Program-made: the position numbers and the translations under genes
The notes under the pieces: generated by a model
Told to the model about the DNA's origin: nothing
The model's database searches: none
Seen by the model: only the letters and a program-made list of their open reading frames with translations
Assembly (NCBI GenBank): GCA_944388615.1
Contig: CALXJL010000005.1
Location: 1 to 25,247 of the forward strand
DNA: 25,247 nt
From: an uncultured Clostridia bacterium
GTDB lineage: Bacteria; Bacillota; Clostridia; TANB77; CAG-508
Direction of reading: 5' to 3'
Part shown: in pieces, positions 1-8,300 of the stretch
How positions within the stretch are numbered: position 1 is the stretch's first letter
Layout: every line of letters starts with the position of its first letter

Positions 1-623
1 CATTTGTTTCAATATTAGGTGGTAAAAAAGTATCAGACAAAATTGGAGTAATAGATAGTTTATTAGAAAAAGTAGATACATTAATGATTGGTGGAGGAAT
101 GGCTTATACATTTTTTAAAGCTATGGGATATGATGTAGGAAATTCAATATGTGAATTAGATAAATTAGATTTAGCCACATCATTAATGGAAAAAGCTAAA
201 GCTAAGGGCGTTAAATTAATGCTACCAGTAGATACAAAAGTAGGTAAAGAATTTGATAAAGATACTGAAAGTAAAATAGTTGATTATAAAGAAATACCAG
301 ATGGCTGGGAAGGTTTCGATATAGGACCAAAAACAATTGAAATGTATGAAAAGGAATTAGATACAGCAAAAACTGTAATATGGAATGGACCTGTTGGATT
401 ATTTGAATTTGATCAATTTGCAATAGGAACAAATGCAATAGCTAATAAATTAGCTACATTAGATGATGCAGTAACAATAATTGGTGGAGGAGATTCTGCA
501 GCTGCAGTAGAGAAAATAGGGTTATCAGATAAAATGACACATATGTCTACTGGTGGAGGAGCTTCTTTAGAATTCTTAGAAGGTAAAAAATTACCAGGAA
601 TTGAATGTTTAATGGATAAATAG
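1..623 (+). CDS. pgk: phosphoglycerate kinase, C-terminal part (5' end outside window)
   Basis: Reading from nt 3 gives [37 protein letters not shown]..., continuous with the 84..623 ORF (..[11 protein letters not shown].., ..[11 protein letters not shown].., ..[18 protein letters not shown]..). These are classic PGK C-domain motifs. It is followed by tpiA and gpmI. Confidence 0.95.
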   Translation, partial: FVSILGGKKVSDKIGVIDSLLEKVDTLMIGGGMAYTFFKAMGYDVGNSICELDKLDLATSLMEKAKAKGVKLMLPVDTKVGKEFDKDTESKIVDYKEIPDGWEGFDIGPKTIEMYEKELDTAKTVIWNGPVGLFEFDQFAIGTNAIANKLATLDDAVTIIGGGDSAAAVEKIGLSDKMTHMSTGGGASLEFLEGKKLPGIECLMDK

Positions 624-630
624 AAAAAAG

Positions 631-662
631 ATGAATAGGAAAATTCGTATTTTCCTATTCAT
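631..662 (+). terminator. hairpin after pgk (possible weak terminator or processing site)
   Basis: Perfect 14-bp stem atgaataggaaaat / attttcctattcat with loop tcgt, 8 nt after the pgk stop. There is no clear U tail, so function is uncertain. Confidence 0.3.
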
Positions 663-718
663 TAAAGTGCACATATGAATAAGAATAAAAAGTTTATAAT
701 ATATGTGAAGGAATAGAA

Positions 719-1291
719 ATGAAGGAAATAACAGGGTATAAAGTATTTGATGAAAAAAAAGAATTAAAAAGAGTAGTTCCTACTAAGGCAGAACTTAGTC
801 TAGAAGATAATGAATGGTTAAAAGGTGTATCATGTTTTATAATAAATAAAGAGGGAAAAATACTTATTGAGAAAAGAGCAAATAAGGGATTAACACCTGG
901 AAAATTAGATTTATGTTCAGGTCATGTTGATGGAAATGAAGTAAGTACTCAAGCTATGATAAGAGAATTAAGAGAAGAATTGGGAATTCCGTTAGAAGAA
1001 AGTATGAATGTAATTCCATTAGAGGAATTAGATTTAAAGTTTGAAAACAAAGGTACAAGTAAAAGAAACTTTTTTATCAAATTTTTCTGTTTAAAAAGAA
1101 ATAAAGATAATGTAAAAATCCAAAAAGACGAAGTGGAAGAAATATGTTATATACCTATGGAGGAAGCTTTTGAACTTATAAGAACAGGAAAAACTAAATT
1201 CCCAAAAGATGATAGGTATGAAAATATTTTTGAAAAAGTAAGAGAAATATATCATGGAAAGAGTAAAAAAGAAGTAAAAGAATTTAAATAG
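719..1291 (+). CDS. Nudix-family hydrolase
   Basis: Complete Nudix box GHVDGNEVSTQAMIRELREELGI (G-x5-E-x7-REUxEExGU). 190 aa, with an A/G-rich RBS region upstream. Confidence 0.85.
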   Translation: MKEITGYKVFDEKKELKRVVPTKAELSLEDNEWLKGVSCFIINKEGKILIEKRANKGLTPGKLDLCSGHVDGNEVSTQAMIRELREELGIPLEESMNVIPLEELDLKFENKGTSKRNFFIKFFCLKRNKDNVKIQKDEVEEICYIPMEEAFELIRTGKTKFPKDDRYENIFEKVREIYHGKSKKEVKEFK

Positions 1292-1324
1292 TATAGTAAT
1301 AAAAAGAAATGGCGGGAATAAATA

Positions 1325-1882
1325 ATGATAATAACATTATCAGGTGTTACAGGAGTAGGAAAATCATATTTAAAAGGAAAAATTATAGAAAAGCTTGGTT
1401 TGAAGAATCTAATTGTTGTAACAACAAGACCAAAAAGAAGTGGAGAAATAGACGGAAAAGATAAGTATTTCATTACAATAGATGAATATAATAGAATGAA
1501 ACAAACAAAAGAAATATCGGTTACATTTAATTTCTTGGGTGAAAACTATGCTTATTATACAAAAGATTTAATATCTACTGTTAATAGCATAACTGAACTT
1601 CATTATACTACAATAAATTTATTTAAGGTTGCAGCAAAAGATGTTATCTCAATATATTTGCTCCCTATTGATATAGAAATAGCAATAGATCAGTTGAGAA
1701 AAAGAAATTTACCTAAAGAAACAGAGCAAAAAAGAATACTAGAAATAAAAGATCAATTAGAAAAAGTAAAAACTAATCCAAATATTATAGAACAATTTGA
1801 TTATGTAATTGAAAATGATTATTCTGATAGAGTAGTGGATAAAATTGTAGATATTTTACAAAATAAAATAAAAAGTACATAA
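1325..1882 (+). CDS. guanylate kinase-like P-loop protein (divergent paralog)
   Basis: P-loop LSGVTGVGKSY, then VTTRPKRSGEIDGKDKYF, which resembles the Gmk TTRxxRxGExxGxDYxF signature. ..GENYAYYT.. resembles the Gmk YYGT region. 185 aa. Substrate cannot be assigned. Confidence 0.6.
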   Translation: MIITLSGVTGVGKSYLKGKIIEKLGLKNLIVVTTRPKRSGEIDGKDKYFITIDEYNRMKQTKEISVTFNFLGENYAYYTKDLISTVNSITELHYTTINLFKVAAKDVISIYLLPIDIEIAIDQLRKRNLPKETEQKRILEIKDQLEKVKTNPNIIEQFDYVIENDYSDRVVDKIVDILQNKIKST

Positions 1883-1910
1883 AATTTCTAAAGAAAGGAT
1901 ATGATGTAAA

Positions 1911-2663
1911 TTGAGAAAAAAAGTAATAGCAGGAAATTGGAAAATGAATATGTTACCAAATGAAACAATATCATTTATACAAGAATTAGAACCACTTGTA
2001 AAAGATACACAAAATGAAGTTATTTTATGTGTTCCATATACAGATTTGTTTTATGCGCTTTTAACAGCACAAAATACAAATATAAAAATTGGTGCACAAA
2101 ATATGCATTTTGAAGAAAGTGGAGCCTATACAGGTGAAGTATCTGCAAAAATGTTAAAAGCAATAAATGTAGAATATGTAATAATAGGGCATTCTGAAAG
2201 AAGACAATATTTTGCTGAAACAGATGAAACTGTAAATAAAAAACTTAAGGCAGCATTTGCAAATGGATTAAAACCAATTGTATGTGTTGGAGAATCACTT
2301 TCTCAAAGGGAAAATGGTGAAGCAGAAAATGTAATTATAAACCAAGTAAGACTTGCATTAGAGGGATTAACAAATGAACAAGTAAAAAATACTATAATAG
2401 CATATGAACCAATATGGGCCATTGGAACAGGAAAGACTGCAACATCAGAAGATGCTAATAATAGTATAAAATGGATTAGAGCTGAAATAGAAAAAATATA
2501 TGGAAAAGATGTCGCAGAAGAGGTTATAATTCAATATGGAGGAAGTGTTAAATCTTCAAATGCAAAAGAATTATTTACTACATCAGATATAGATGGAGGA
2601 TTAGTAGGTGGTGCAAGCCTTAAATCAGAAGAATTTGCAAAAATAGTTAATTATAATAGATAG
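1911..2663 (+). CDS. tpiA: triosephosphate isomerase (TTG start)
   Basis: [13 protein letters not shown].., ..IIGHSERR.., ..[15 protein letters not shown].., ..YGGSVK... All are TIM signatures. Confidence 0.95.
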   Translation: MRKKVIAGNWKMNMLPNETISFIQELEPLVKDTQNEVILCVPYTDLFYALLTAQNTNIKIGAQNMHFEESGAYTGEVSAKMLKAINVEYVIIGHSERRQYFAETDETVNKKLKAAFANGLKPIVCVGESLSQRENGEAENVIINQVRLALEGLTNEQVKNTIIAYEPIWAIGTGKTATSEDANNSIKWIRAEIEKIYGKDVAEEVIIQYGGSVKSSNAKELFTTSDIDGGLVGGASLKSEEFAKIVNYNR

Positions 2664-2673
2664 GAGAATAATA

Positions 2674-4203
2674 ATGAAAAATAAATTAACAATGCTAATG
2701 ATATTAGATGGATTTGGGATAAATCCTGAGGAAAATGGAAATGCAGTAAAATTAGCAAATACACCAAATTTAGATGAACTAATGAAAACATGTCCTGTAA
2801 CAGAAATTCATACAAGTGGAATGGATGTTGGTTTACCAGATGGGCAAATGGGAAATTCAGAAGTGGGTCATACAAACATAGGAGCTGGAAGAATTGTATA
2901 TCAAGAGTTAACTAGAATAACTAAATCTATAGAAGATGGCGATTTTTTTAGTAATAAAGAATTAGTTGAAGCAATAGAAAATTGTAAAAAACATAATAGT
3001 AAATTACACATTATGGGATTATTATCTGATGGTGGAGTTCATAGTCATATAAGACATTTATATGCTATTTTAGAACTTGCTAAAAGAAAAGATTTTGAAG
3101 ATGTATATGTACATTGTTTCTTAGATGGAAGAGATACACCACCAGCATCTGCAGAAAATTATATAATGAAACTTGAAGAAAAAATGAAAGAAAAGGGTGT
3201 TGGGAAAATAGCAAGTATAACAGGAAGATTTTATGCAATGGATAGAGACAAACGTTGGGAAAGAATAAAAAAATGTTATGATGCTATAGTTAATGGAGAA
3301 GGAATAAAGAAAACATCAGCAATTTCAGCAATTGAATCTTCTTATCAAAAAGAAGTATTTGATGAATTTGTAGAGCCTACATTAATATGTAATGGGGAAA
3401 AACCAATAGCAACAATAGAAAATAATGATTCTGTAGTATTCTTTAATTTTAGACCAGATAGAGCAAGAGAAATTACAAGAACATTAGTAGATAAAGATTT
3501 TAAAGAATTTGAAACAAAGAAGATGAATTTATATTATGTATGTTTCACAAAATATGATGAAACAATGCCAAATGTAAATATAGCTTTTAAACCTACAACA
3601 TTAAAAAATACATTTGGTGAGTATATTAGTAATAATGGTTTAACACAATTGCGTATAGCTGAAACAGAAAAATATGCACATGTTACATTTTTCTTTAATG
3701 GAGGAGAGGAAAAACAATATCCAGGAGAGGATAGAATATTAGTACCATCTCCAAAAGTTAAAACATATGATATGCAACCCGAAATGAGTGCATATGAAGT
3801 AACAGATAAAGTTATAGAGGCCATAGATTCAAATAAATATGATTGTATAATATTAAATTATGCAAATCCTGATATGGTGGGGCATACTGGAGTTTTAGAA
3901 GCTGCTAAAAAAGCAGTAGAAACAATAGATGAATGTGTTGGAAGAGTAGTGGAAGCAGTAAAAAAACAAGACGGAGTTTTATTAATAACAGCAGATCATG
4001 GAAATGCAGAACAAATGATAGATTATGCAACAGGAGAACCACATACAGCTCATACAACTAATCCAGTACCATGCATATTAGTAGGAATGGAAAATGTAAA
4101 ATTGAAAATTGGAAGATTAGCTGATTTAGCTCCAACAATGTTAGATATATTGGATTTAGAAAAACCAGAAGAAATGACAGGAGAATCAATAATAGAAAAG
4201 TAG
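2674..4203 (+). CDS. gpmI: 2,3-bisphosphoglycerate-independent phosphoglycerate mutase
   Basis: 509 aa with LMILDGFG, ..[14 protein letters not shown].., ..SDGGVHSH.., ..FLDGRDT.., ..[12 protein letters not shown].., ..ITADHGNAE... All are iPGM motifs. Confidence 0.95.
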   Translation: MKNKLTMLMILDGFGINPEENGNAVKLANTPNLDELMKTCPVTEIHTSGMDVGLPDGQMGNSEVGHTNIGAGRIVYQELTRITKSIEDGDFFSNKELVEAIENCKKHNSKLHIMGLLSDGGVHSHIRHLYAILELAKRKDFEDVYVHCFLDGRDTPPASAENYIMKLEEKMKEKGVGKIASITGRFYAMDRDKRWERIKKCYDAIVNGEGIKKTSAISAIESSYQKEVFDEFVEPTLICNGEKPIATIENNDSVVFFNFRPDRAREITRTLVDKDFKEFETKKMNLYYVCFTKYDETMPNVNIAFKPTTLKNTFGEYISNNGLTQLRIAETEKYAHVTFFFNGGEEKQYPGEDRILVPSPKVKTYDMQPEMSAYEVTDKVIEAIDSNKYDCIILNYANPDMVGHTGVLEAAKKAVETIDECVGRVVEAVKKQDGVLLITADHGNAEQMIDYATGEPHTAHTTNPVPCILVGMENVKLKIGRLADLAPTMLDILDLEKPEEMTGESIIEK

Positions 4204-4231
4204 AAGTATATATAGTTTAGGAGGCAATAAT

Positions 4232-5293
4232 ATGTTAAACACACCAAGGATAAGAAACATATATAGCAAAATCCAAAATCAAATTTTTAATATGATTCCT
4301 GAGAAATGGGATAGATTATATTTATATGCATCTGTGATTGAACAGATAAATAATTTACAAACAGGAGAAATGTTTTTCTATTATTTTCCAAAAGGAATAA
4401 TTAAAAAGAATCCAGTAAATGCATATGAAGTTCCAGGAAAGTTTAATGTTGATGAAGATGCATATATGAAATTGGCAGATAGGTTATATGCTACAATTAA
4501 AGAATTAAGAAAAGAATATATAATGGGTAATGAAAAAGTATGGTCTAATATAACAATAAGTATAGAGAATTTTAAATTTAAAGCAGAATTTGGATATGAA
4601 GATTTATTATATTCAAAATATTCTAATTATGAGAGACATTTAATATGGAAGTATGAATATTTAGATTTACAATTAGAAATGCTAAATCGTAAAGAAAGAA
4701 AAATGATTGAAGAATATTTAAATGAGAAGGAATTAGAATTACCAACAAGAAATGTATATACAGAATCAATTTATGACAGACCAATACAAAATAAAATAGA
4801 ATATAATACAAAATCCCAAGATCATAAAGAAATAGATCCAACAAAGATTAAGGAATTTACATTACCAGATACAAGACAAATAAAGAAAATGTCTAAAAAA
4901 TCAAAACGATATATTCAGGCTAAAAGTAGATTAGAATTACCTGAGGTGGTAGAAAAGAAGAAAAAAACTAATGAGAATATACAAATAATAAGACATGATG
5001 AAGATGATGATAAAGAAAGAGAAAAAAATGTAGATATTCTTCATACAGATATATTATCACCACTTGATGAAGAAATAGAAGAGCAAACACTGACAAAGAA
5101 TTTTATTCTTCAATCACCAATGGTTACAAATAAGAAAAAGAAAAAAGAAAATGACTTAGAAGAAATGCTGAAAAAAAGTAGAGAACAATCTAATATGAAA
5201 ACAAGAAATAAACAAAACAAAAATCAAAAGCCTGTAAAACCAATGAATCAATCTAGAAAAAATGTCCAAAGAAGGAAAAGAAATAGTTATTAA
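4232..5293 (+). CDS. EsaG/YezG (DUF600)-like immunity-type domain protein with a roughly 200-aa Lys/Glu-rich low-complexity C-terminal extension
   Basis: Strong RBS aggagg. The N-terminal ~150 aa (..IYSKIQNQIFNMIPEKWDRLYLYA..GEMFFYYFP..LRKEY..W..FGYEDL..WKYEYL) follows the pattern I recall for S. aureus EsaG / B. subtilis YezG. The remainder is KKKK/EE-rich (..NKKKKKENDLEEMLKK..NKQNKNQKPVKP..RRKRNSY). Confidence 0.6.
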   Translation: MLNTPRIRNIYSKIQNQIFNMIPEKWDRLYLYASVIEQINNLQTGEMFFYYFPKGIIKKNPVNAYEVPGKFNVDEDAYMKLADRLYATIKELRKEYIMGNEKVWSNITISIENFKFKAEFGYEDLLYSKYSNYERHLIWKYEYLDLQLEMLNRKERKMIEEYLNEKELELPTRNVYTESIYDRPIQNKIEYNTKSQDHKEIDPTKIKEFTLPDTRQIKKMSKKSKRYIQAKSRLELPEVVEKKKKTNENIQIIRHDEDDDKEREKNVDILHTDILSPLDEEIEEQTLTKNFILQSPMVTNKKKKKENDLEEMLKKSREQSNMKTRNKQNKNQKPVKPMNQSRKNVQRRKRNSY

Positions 5294-5357
5294 TATTGTT
5301 ATAAAAAACAGTATAAAATAAAATAATGAAATATAAAAATAGGAAGGAGTAATTAAT

Positions 5358-6050
5358 ATGTTATATTCAAAAGAATTAGAAGGAATGTGCCATGTTGCAA
5401 AAGGAGTGGATCATGGACCAGCACCAATACCAGAAGAAGGTAAATGGGTAAAAGCAAAAGATATAAAGGATATATCTGGATTAACACATGGTATAGGATG
5501 GTGTGCACCACAACAAGGAGCATGTAAATTAACATTAAATGTAAAAGAAGGAATTATACAAGAAGCTTTAGTTGAAACAATTGGATGTTCAGGAATGACA
5601 CATTCAGCAGCTATGGCAGGTGAAATATTAGTAGGTAAGACAATATTAGAAGCATTAAATACAGACTTAGTATGTGATGCTATAAATACAGCTATGAGAG
5701 AATTATTCTTACAAATAGTATATGGTAGAACTCAAACAGCTTTTTCAGAAGGAGGACTTCCTGTAGGAGCAGGACTTGAAGATTTAGGTAAAGGTCATAC
5801 AAGTCAAGTTGGAACAATATATTCAAGTTCATTAAAAGGTCCAAGATATTTAAATCTTGCTGAAGGATATATAGTTGAAATAGGATTAGATAAAGATGAT
5901 CAAATTATAGGATATAAATATGTTCATTTAGGAAAAATGATGGATAATATTAAAAAAGGAATAGACCCAATGGAAGCTATTGAAAAAGCTTCTGGTACAT
6001 ATGGTAGATTTGATGAAGCTGTAAAGAAAATTGATCCAAGAGAAGCATAA
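5358..6050 (+). CDS. NifU/IscU N-terminal-like Fe-S scaffold-type protein with an extra C-terminal domain
   Basis: Three Cys in IscU-like contexts: GIGWCAPQQGACKL, ETIGCSGMTHSAAMAGE..GKTILEAL, DLVCDAINTAMRE. 230 aa, good RBS ggaaggag. Confidence 0.7.
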   Translation: MLYSKELEGMCHVAKGVDHGPAPIPEEGKWVKAKDIKDISGLTHGIGWCAPQQGACKLTLNVKEGIIQEALVETIGCSGMTHSAAMAGEILVGKTILEALNTDLVCDAINTAMRELFLQIVYGRTQTAFSEGGLPVGAGLEDLGKGHTSQVGTIYSSSLKGPRYLNLAEGYIVEIGLDKDDQIIGYKYVHLGKMMDNIKKGIDPMEAIEKASGTYGRFDEAVKKIDPREA

Positions 6051-6097
6051 GATAAATTAGATTTTTATGAAATAAAAAAATATAGGAGGTAAGAATA

Positions 6098-7099
6098 ATG
6101 GCAGTAACATTTGAAAGTTATGAAAGAAGAATAGATCAAATAAAACCAGTAATGGAAAAATACGGAATTAAGGATTTTGAAGATGCTTTAGAAATATGTA
6201 AAGAAAAAGGATTTAATCCATATGAAATAGTAAAAGGAGTTCAACCAATTTGTTTTGAAAATGCTGCATGGGCATATACTTTAGGTGCAGCTATAGCAAT
6301 AAAAAAAGGATGTACAAAAGCAGCAGAAGCTGCAAAAGCAATTGGAGAAGGATTACAAGCATTTTGTATACCAGGTTCAGTTGCAGATGACAGAAAAGTT
6401 GGATTAGGACATGGAAATTTAGCTTCTATGCTTTTATCAGAAGATACAAAATGTTTTGCATTTTTAGCTGGACATGAAAGTTTTGCAGCAGCAGAAGGTG
6501 CAATAGGAATTGCAAAATCTGCAAATAAAGTAAGAAAAGAACCATTAAGAGTTATATTAAATGGTTTAGGAAAAGATGCAGCACAAGTAATTTCAAGAAT
6601 TAATGGATTTACATATGTACAAACAGATTTTGACTTTTTCACAGGAAAAGTAAATATCGTTAAAGAAATACCTTATTCTGATGGAGAAAGAGCAAAAGTT
6701 AGATGTTATGGAGCAAATGATGTTAGAGAAGGTGTAGCAATTATGTGGATGGAAGATGTTGATGTATCTATCACAGGTAACTCAACAAATCCAACAAGAT
6801 TCCAACATCCAGTAGCAGGAACATACAAAAAAGAAAGACTTGCAGAAGGTAAAAAATACTTCTCAGTTGCATCTGGTGGTGGAACAGGAAGAACATTACA
6901 TCCAGATAATATGGCTGCAGGACCTGCATCATATGGTATGACAGATACAATGGGAAGAATGCATTCAGATGCACAATTTGCAGGAAGTTCTTCAGTACCA
7001 GCTCATGTTGAGATGATGGGATTAATTGGAATGGGTAATAACCCAATGGTTGGAGCATCAGTTGCAGTAGCTGTTGCAGTAGAAGAAGCTATGAAATAA
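6098..7099 (+). CDS. GGGtGRT-family protein (function unknown)
   Basis: 333 aa containing the eponymous motif ..VASGGGTGRTLHPDN.., plus a Gly/Ala-rich C terminus. RBS aggagg 7 nt upstream. Confidence 0.8.
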   Translation: MAVTFESYERRIDQIKPVMEKYGIKDFEDALEICKEKGFNPYEIVKGVQPICFENAAWAYTLGAAIAIKKGCTKAAEAAKAIGEGLQAFCIPGSVADDRKVGLGHGNLASMLLSEDTKCFAFLAGHESFAAAEGAIGIAKSANKVRKEPLRVILNGLGKDAAQVISRINGFTYVQTDFDFFTGKVNIVKEIPYSDGERAKVRCYGANDVREGVAIMWMEDVDVSITGNSTNPTRFQHPVAGTYKKERLAEGKKYFSVASGGGTGRTLHPDNMAAGPASYGMTDTMGRMHSDAQFAGSSSVPAHVEMMGLIGMGNNPMVGASVAVAVAVEEAMK

Positions 7100-7145
7100 T
7101 ATAATATTACTGTATTATAAAATATAAGAAATATAATTAATGAAA

Positions 7146-7186
7146 ATGGTGAGCAATTTGTAAATAAACAAGGCTCATCATTTTTA
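7146..7186 (+). terminator. Rho-independent terminator after the GGGtGRT gene
   Basis: Stem atggtgagc / gctcatcat (9 bp, one G-U) with an 18-nt loop, followed by ttttt. Confidence 0.55.
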
Positions 7187-7254
7187 TATGTAAAATTTTA
7201 ACTTATGAACTAAACCTGAAAAAATAACATAAAATTATACTAGGTGATTAAAAT

Positions 7255-7767
7255 ATGAATGGAATAAAGAGTTTGTATGAAGATGCAAAAAATATAAAGT
7301 ATAAAGATCCTGCTGCCAAAAGGCTAATAGAAGTAATATTGCTTTATCCGGGATTTCATATACTTGTTTTTTATAGATTATCACATTTTTTATATAAGCA
7401 CAGAATGTTTTTTGGAGCAAGGATAATTTCTCAACTAGGGAGATTTTTAACAGGAATAGAAATACATCCAGGAGCAAAAATAGGGAGAAGGTTATTTATA
7501 GATCATGGTATGGGAATTGTAATTGGAGAGACTGCAACAATAGGAGATGATTGTACAATATATCATGATGTGACTCTAGGAGGTACAGGAAAAGATAAGT
7601 ATAAAAGACATCCAGATATAGGGAATAATGTAATGGTTGGTTCTGGTGCAAGAGTTTTAGGACCAATTAAGATTGGAGATAATGTAAAAATCGGTGCAAA
7701 TGCCATTGTTTTAAAAAATATAGAGTCCAATAGTACAGTTGTAGAATGTAATAGAATCGTAAAATGA
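7255..7767 (+). CDS. cysE: serine O-acetyltransferase (short form)
   Basis: ..[82 protein letters not shown]... This is the hexapeptide-repeat SAT signature. Confidence 0.9.
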   Translation: MNGIKSLYEDAKNIKYKDPAAKRLIEVILLYPGFHILVFYRLSHFLYKHRMFFGARIISQLGRFLTGIEIHPGAKIGRRLFIDHGMGIVIGETATIGDDCTIYHDVTLGGTGKDKYKRHPDIGNNVMVGSGARVLGPIKIGDNVKIGANAIVLKNIESNSTVVECNRIVK

Positions 7768-7779
7768 TAGAAAGTATGA

Positions 7780-8234
7780 ATAGAGTTTCCCTATTTTTTA
7801 TAATATAGTTATATTTTCTCCACCTACTATCCTCAGGTATCCGCGTTTTAACTGCTCTGCTTGATTGAAGTGAGAAAAAGGAATTTCTTTTATAAGCTAA
7901 TGAGGGATGTTCACGGAAAACCTATTATTTATATATTTCCAATATTGTGTCTCGGTTTCTTTACATAACGTTAACAAATTCTAAAACTAAAGTTATAACA
8001 ATACCCGAAAACAGGACCCTTTATAACTTTAGTTTAAGAATTTGTATAACTATTCCAGTCACATTCGACACAATCTTTTCAATATATAAATAATAGGTTT
8101 AGCCTGAGTGAAAGAGGCTCATTAGCTTATATTAGAAATTTTTTCGAACGCAATGAACAAGGTGCAGTTAAAACGCGGATACCTGAGGATGGTAGGTGTG
8201 ATAACTAACAAGTTAAAAAATAGGGAAATTCTAT
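7780..8234 (+). ncRNA. 455-nt nested imperfect palindrome; candidate rod-like structured RNA. A foldback repeat/MITE or invertible segment is not excluded.
   Basis: Arms pair almost end to end around a 22-nt loop (7999-8020). Helices include 7780-7800/8214-8234, 7821-7855/8164-8198 (35 bp), 7891-7904/8118-8131, 7918-7937/8081-8100 and 7970-7998/8021-8050. In-helix mismatches are G-U only on the + strand. There is no credible ORF. The repeat itself is certain; the RNA call and strand are inference. Confidence 0.45.
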
Positions 8235-8246
8235 AAAATCTGAGTA

Positions 8247-8275
8247 TTGCAAACATCCATATGCTATGATAAAAT
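8247..8275 (+). promoter_or_regulatory. sigma-A-type promoter for the methyltransferase gene
   Basis: TTGCAA (8247-8252), 17-nt spacer, extended -10 TGaTAAAAT (8267-8275). RBS aaggag follows, 7 nt before the ATG at 8301. Confidence 0.4.
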
Positions 8276-8300
8276 ATCATGAAAACAAAGGAGATATTAA

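Noticed and set aside
7187-7254. T-box or other cysteine-responsive leader in front of cysE.
   Set aside because: Only about 70 nt lie between the upstream terminator and the cysE start. There is no specifier-loop / T-box sequence or terminator-antiterminator pair.
7900-7968. 22-codon hydrophobic ORF (MRDVHGKPIIYIFPILCLGFFT) inside the left arm of the giant palindrome; considered as a type I toxin.
   Set aside because: There is no Shine-Dalgarno at a usable distance (the nearest aaagga is about 17 nt upstream). It is very short, and the mirrored arm encodes only 7 codons. It is most simply a by-product of the repeat sequence.
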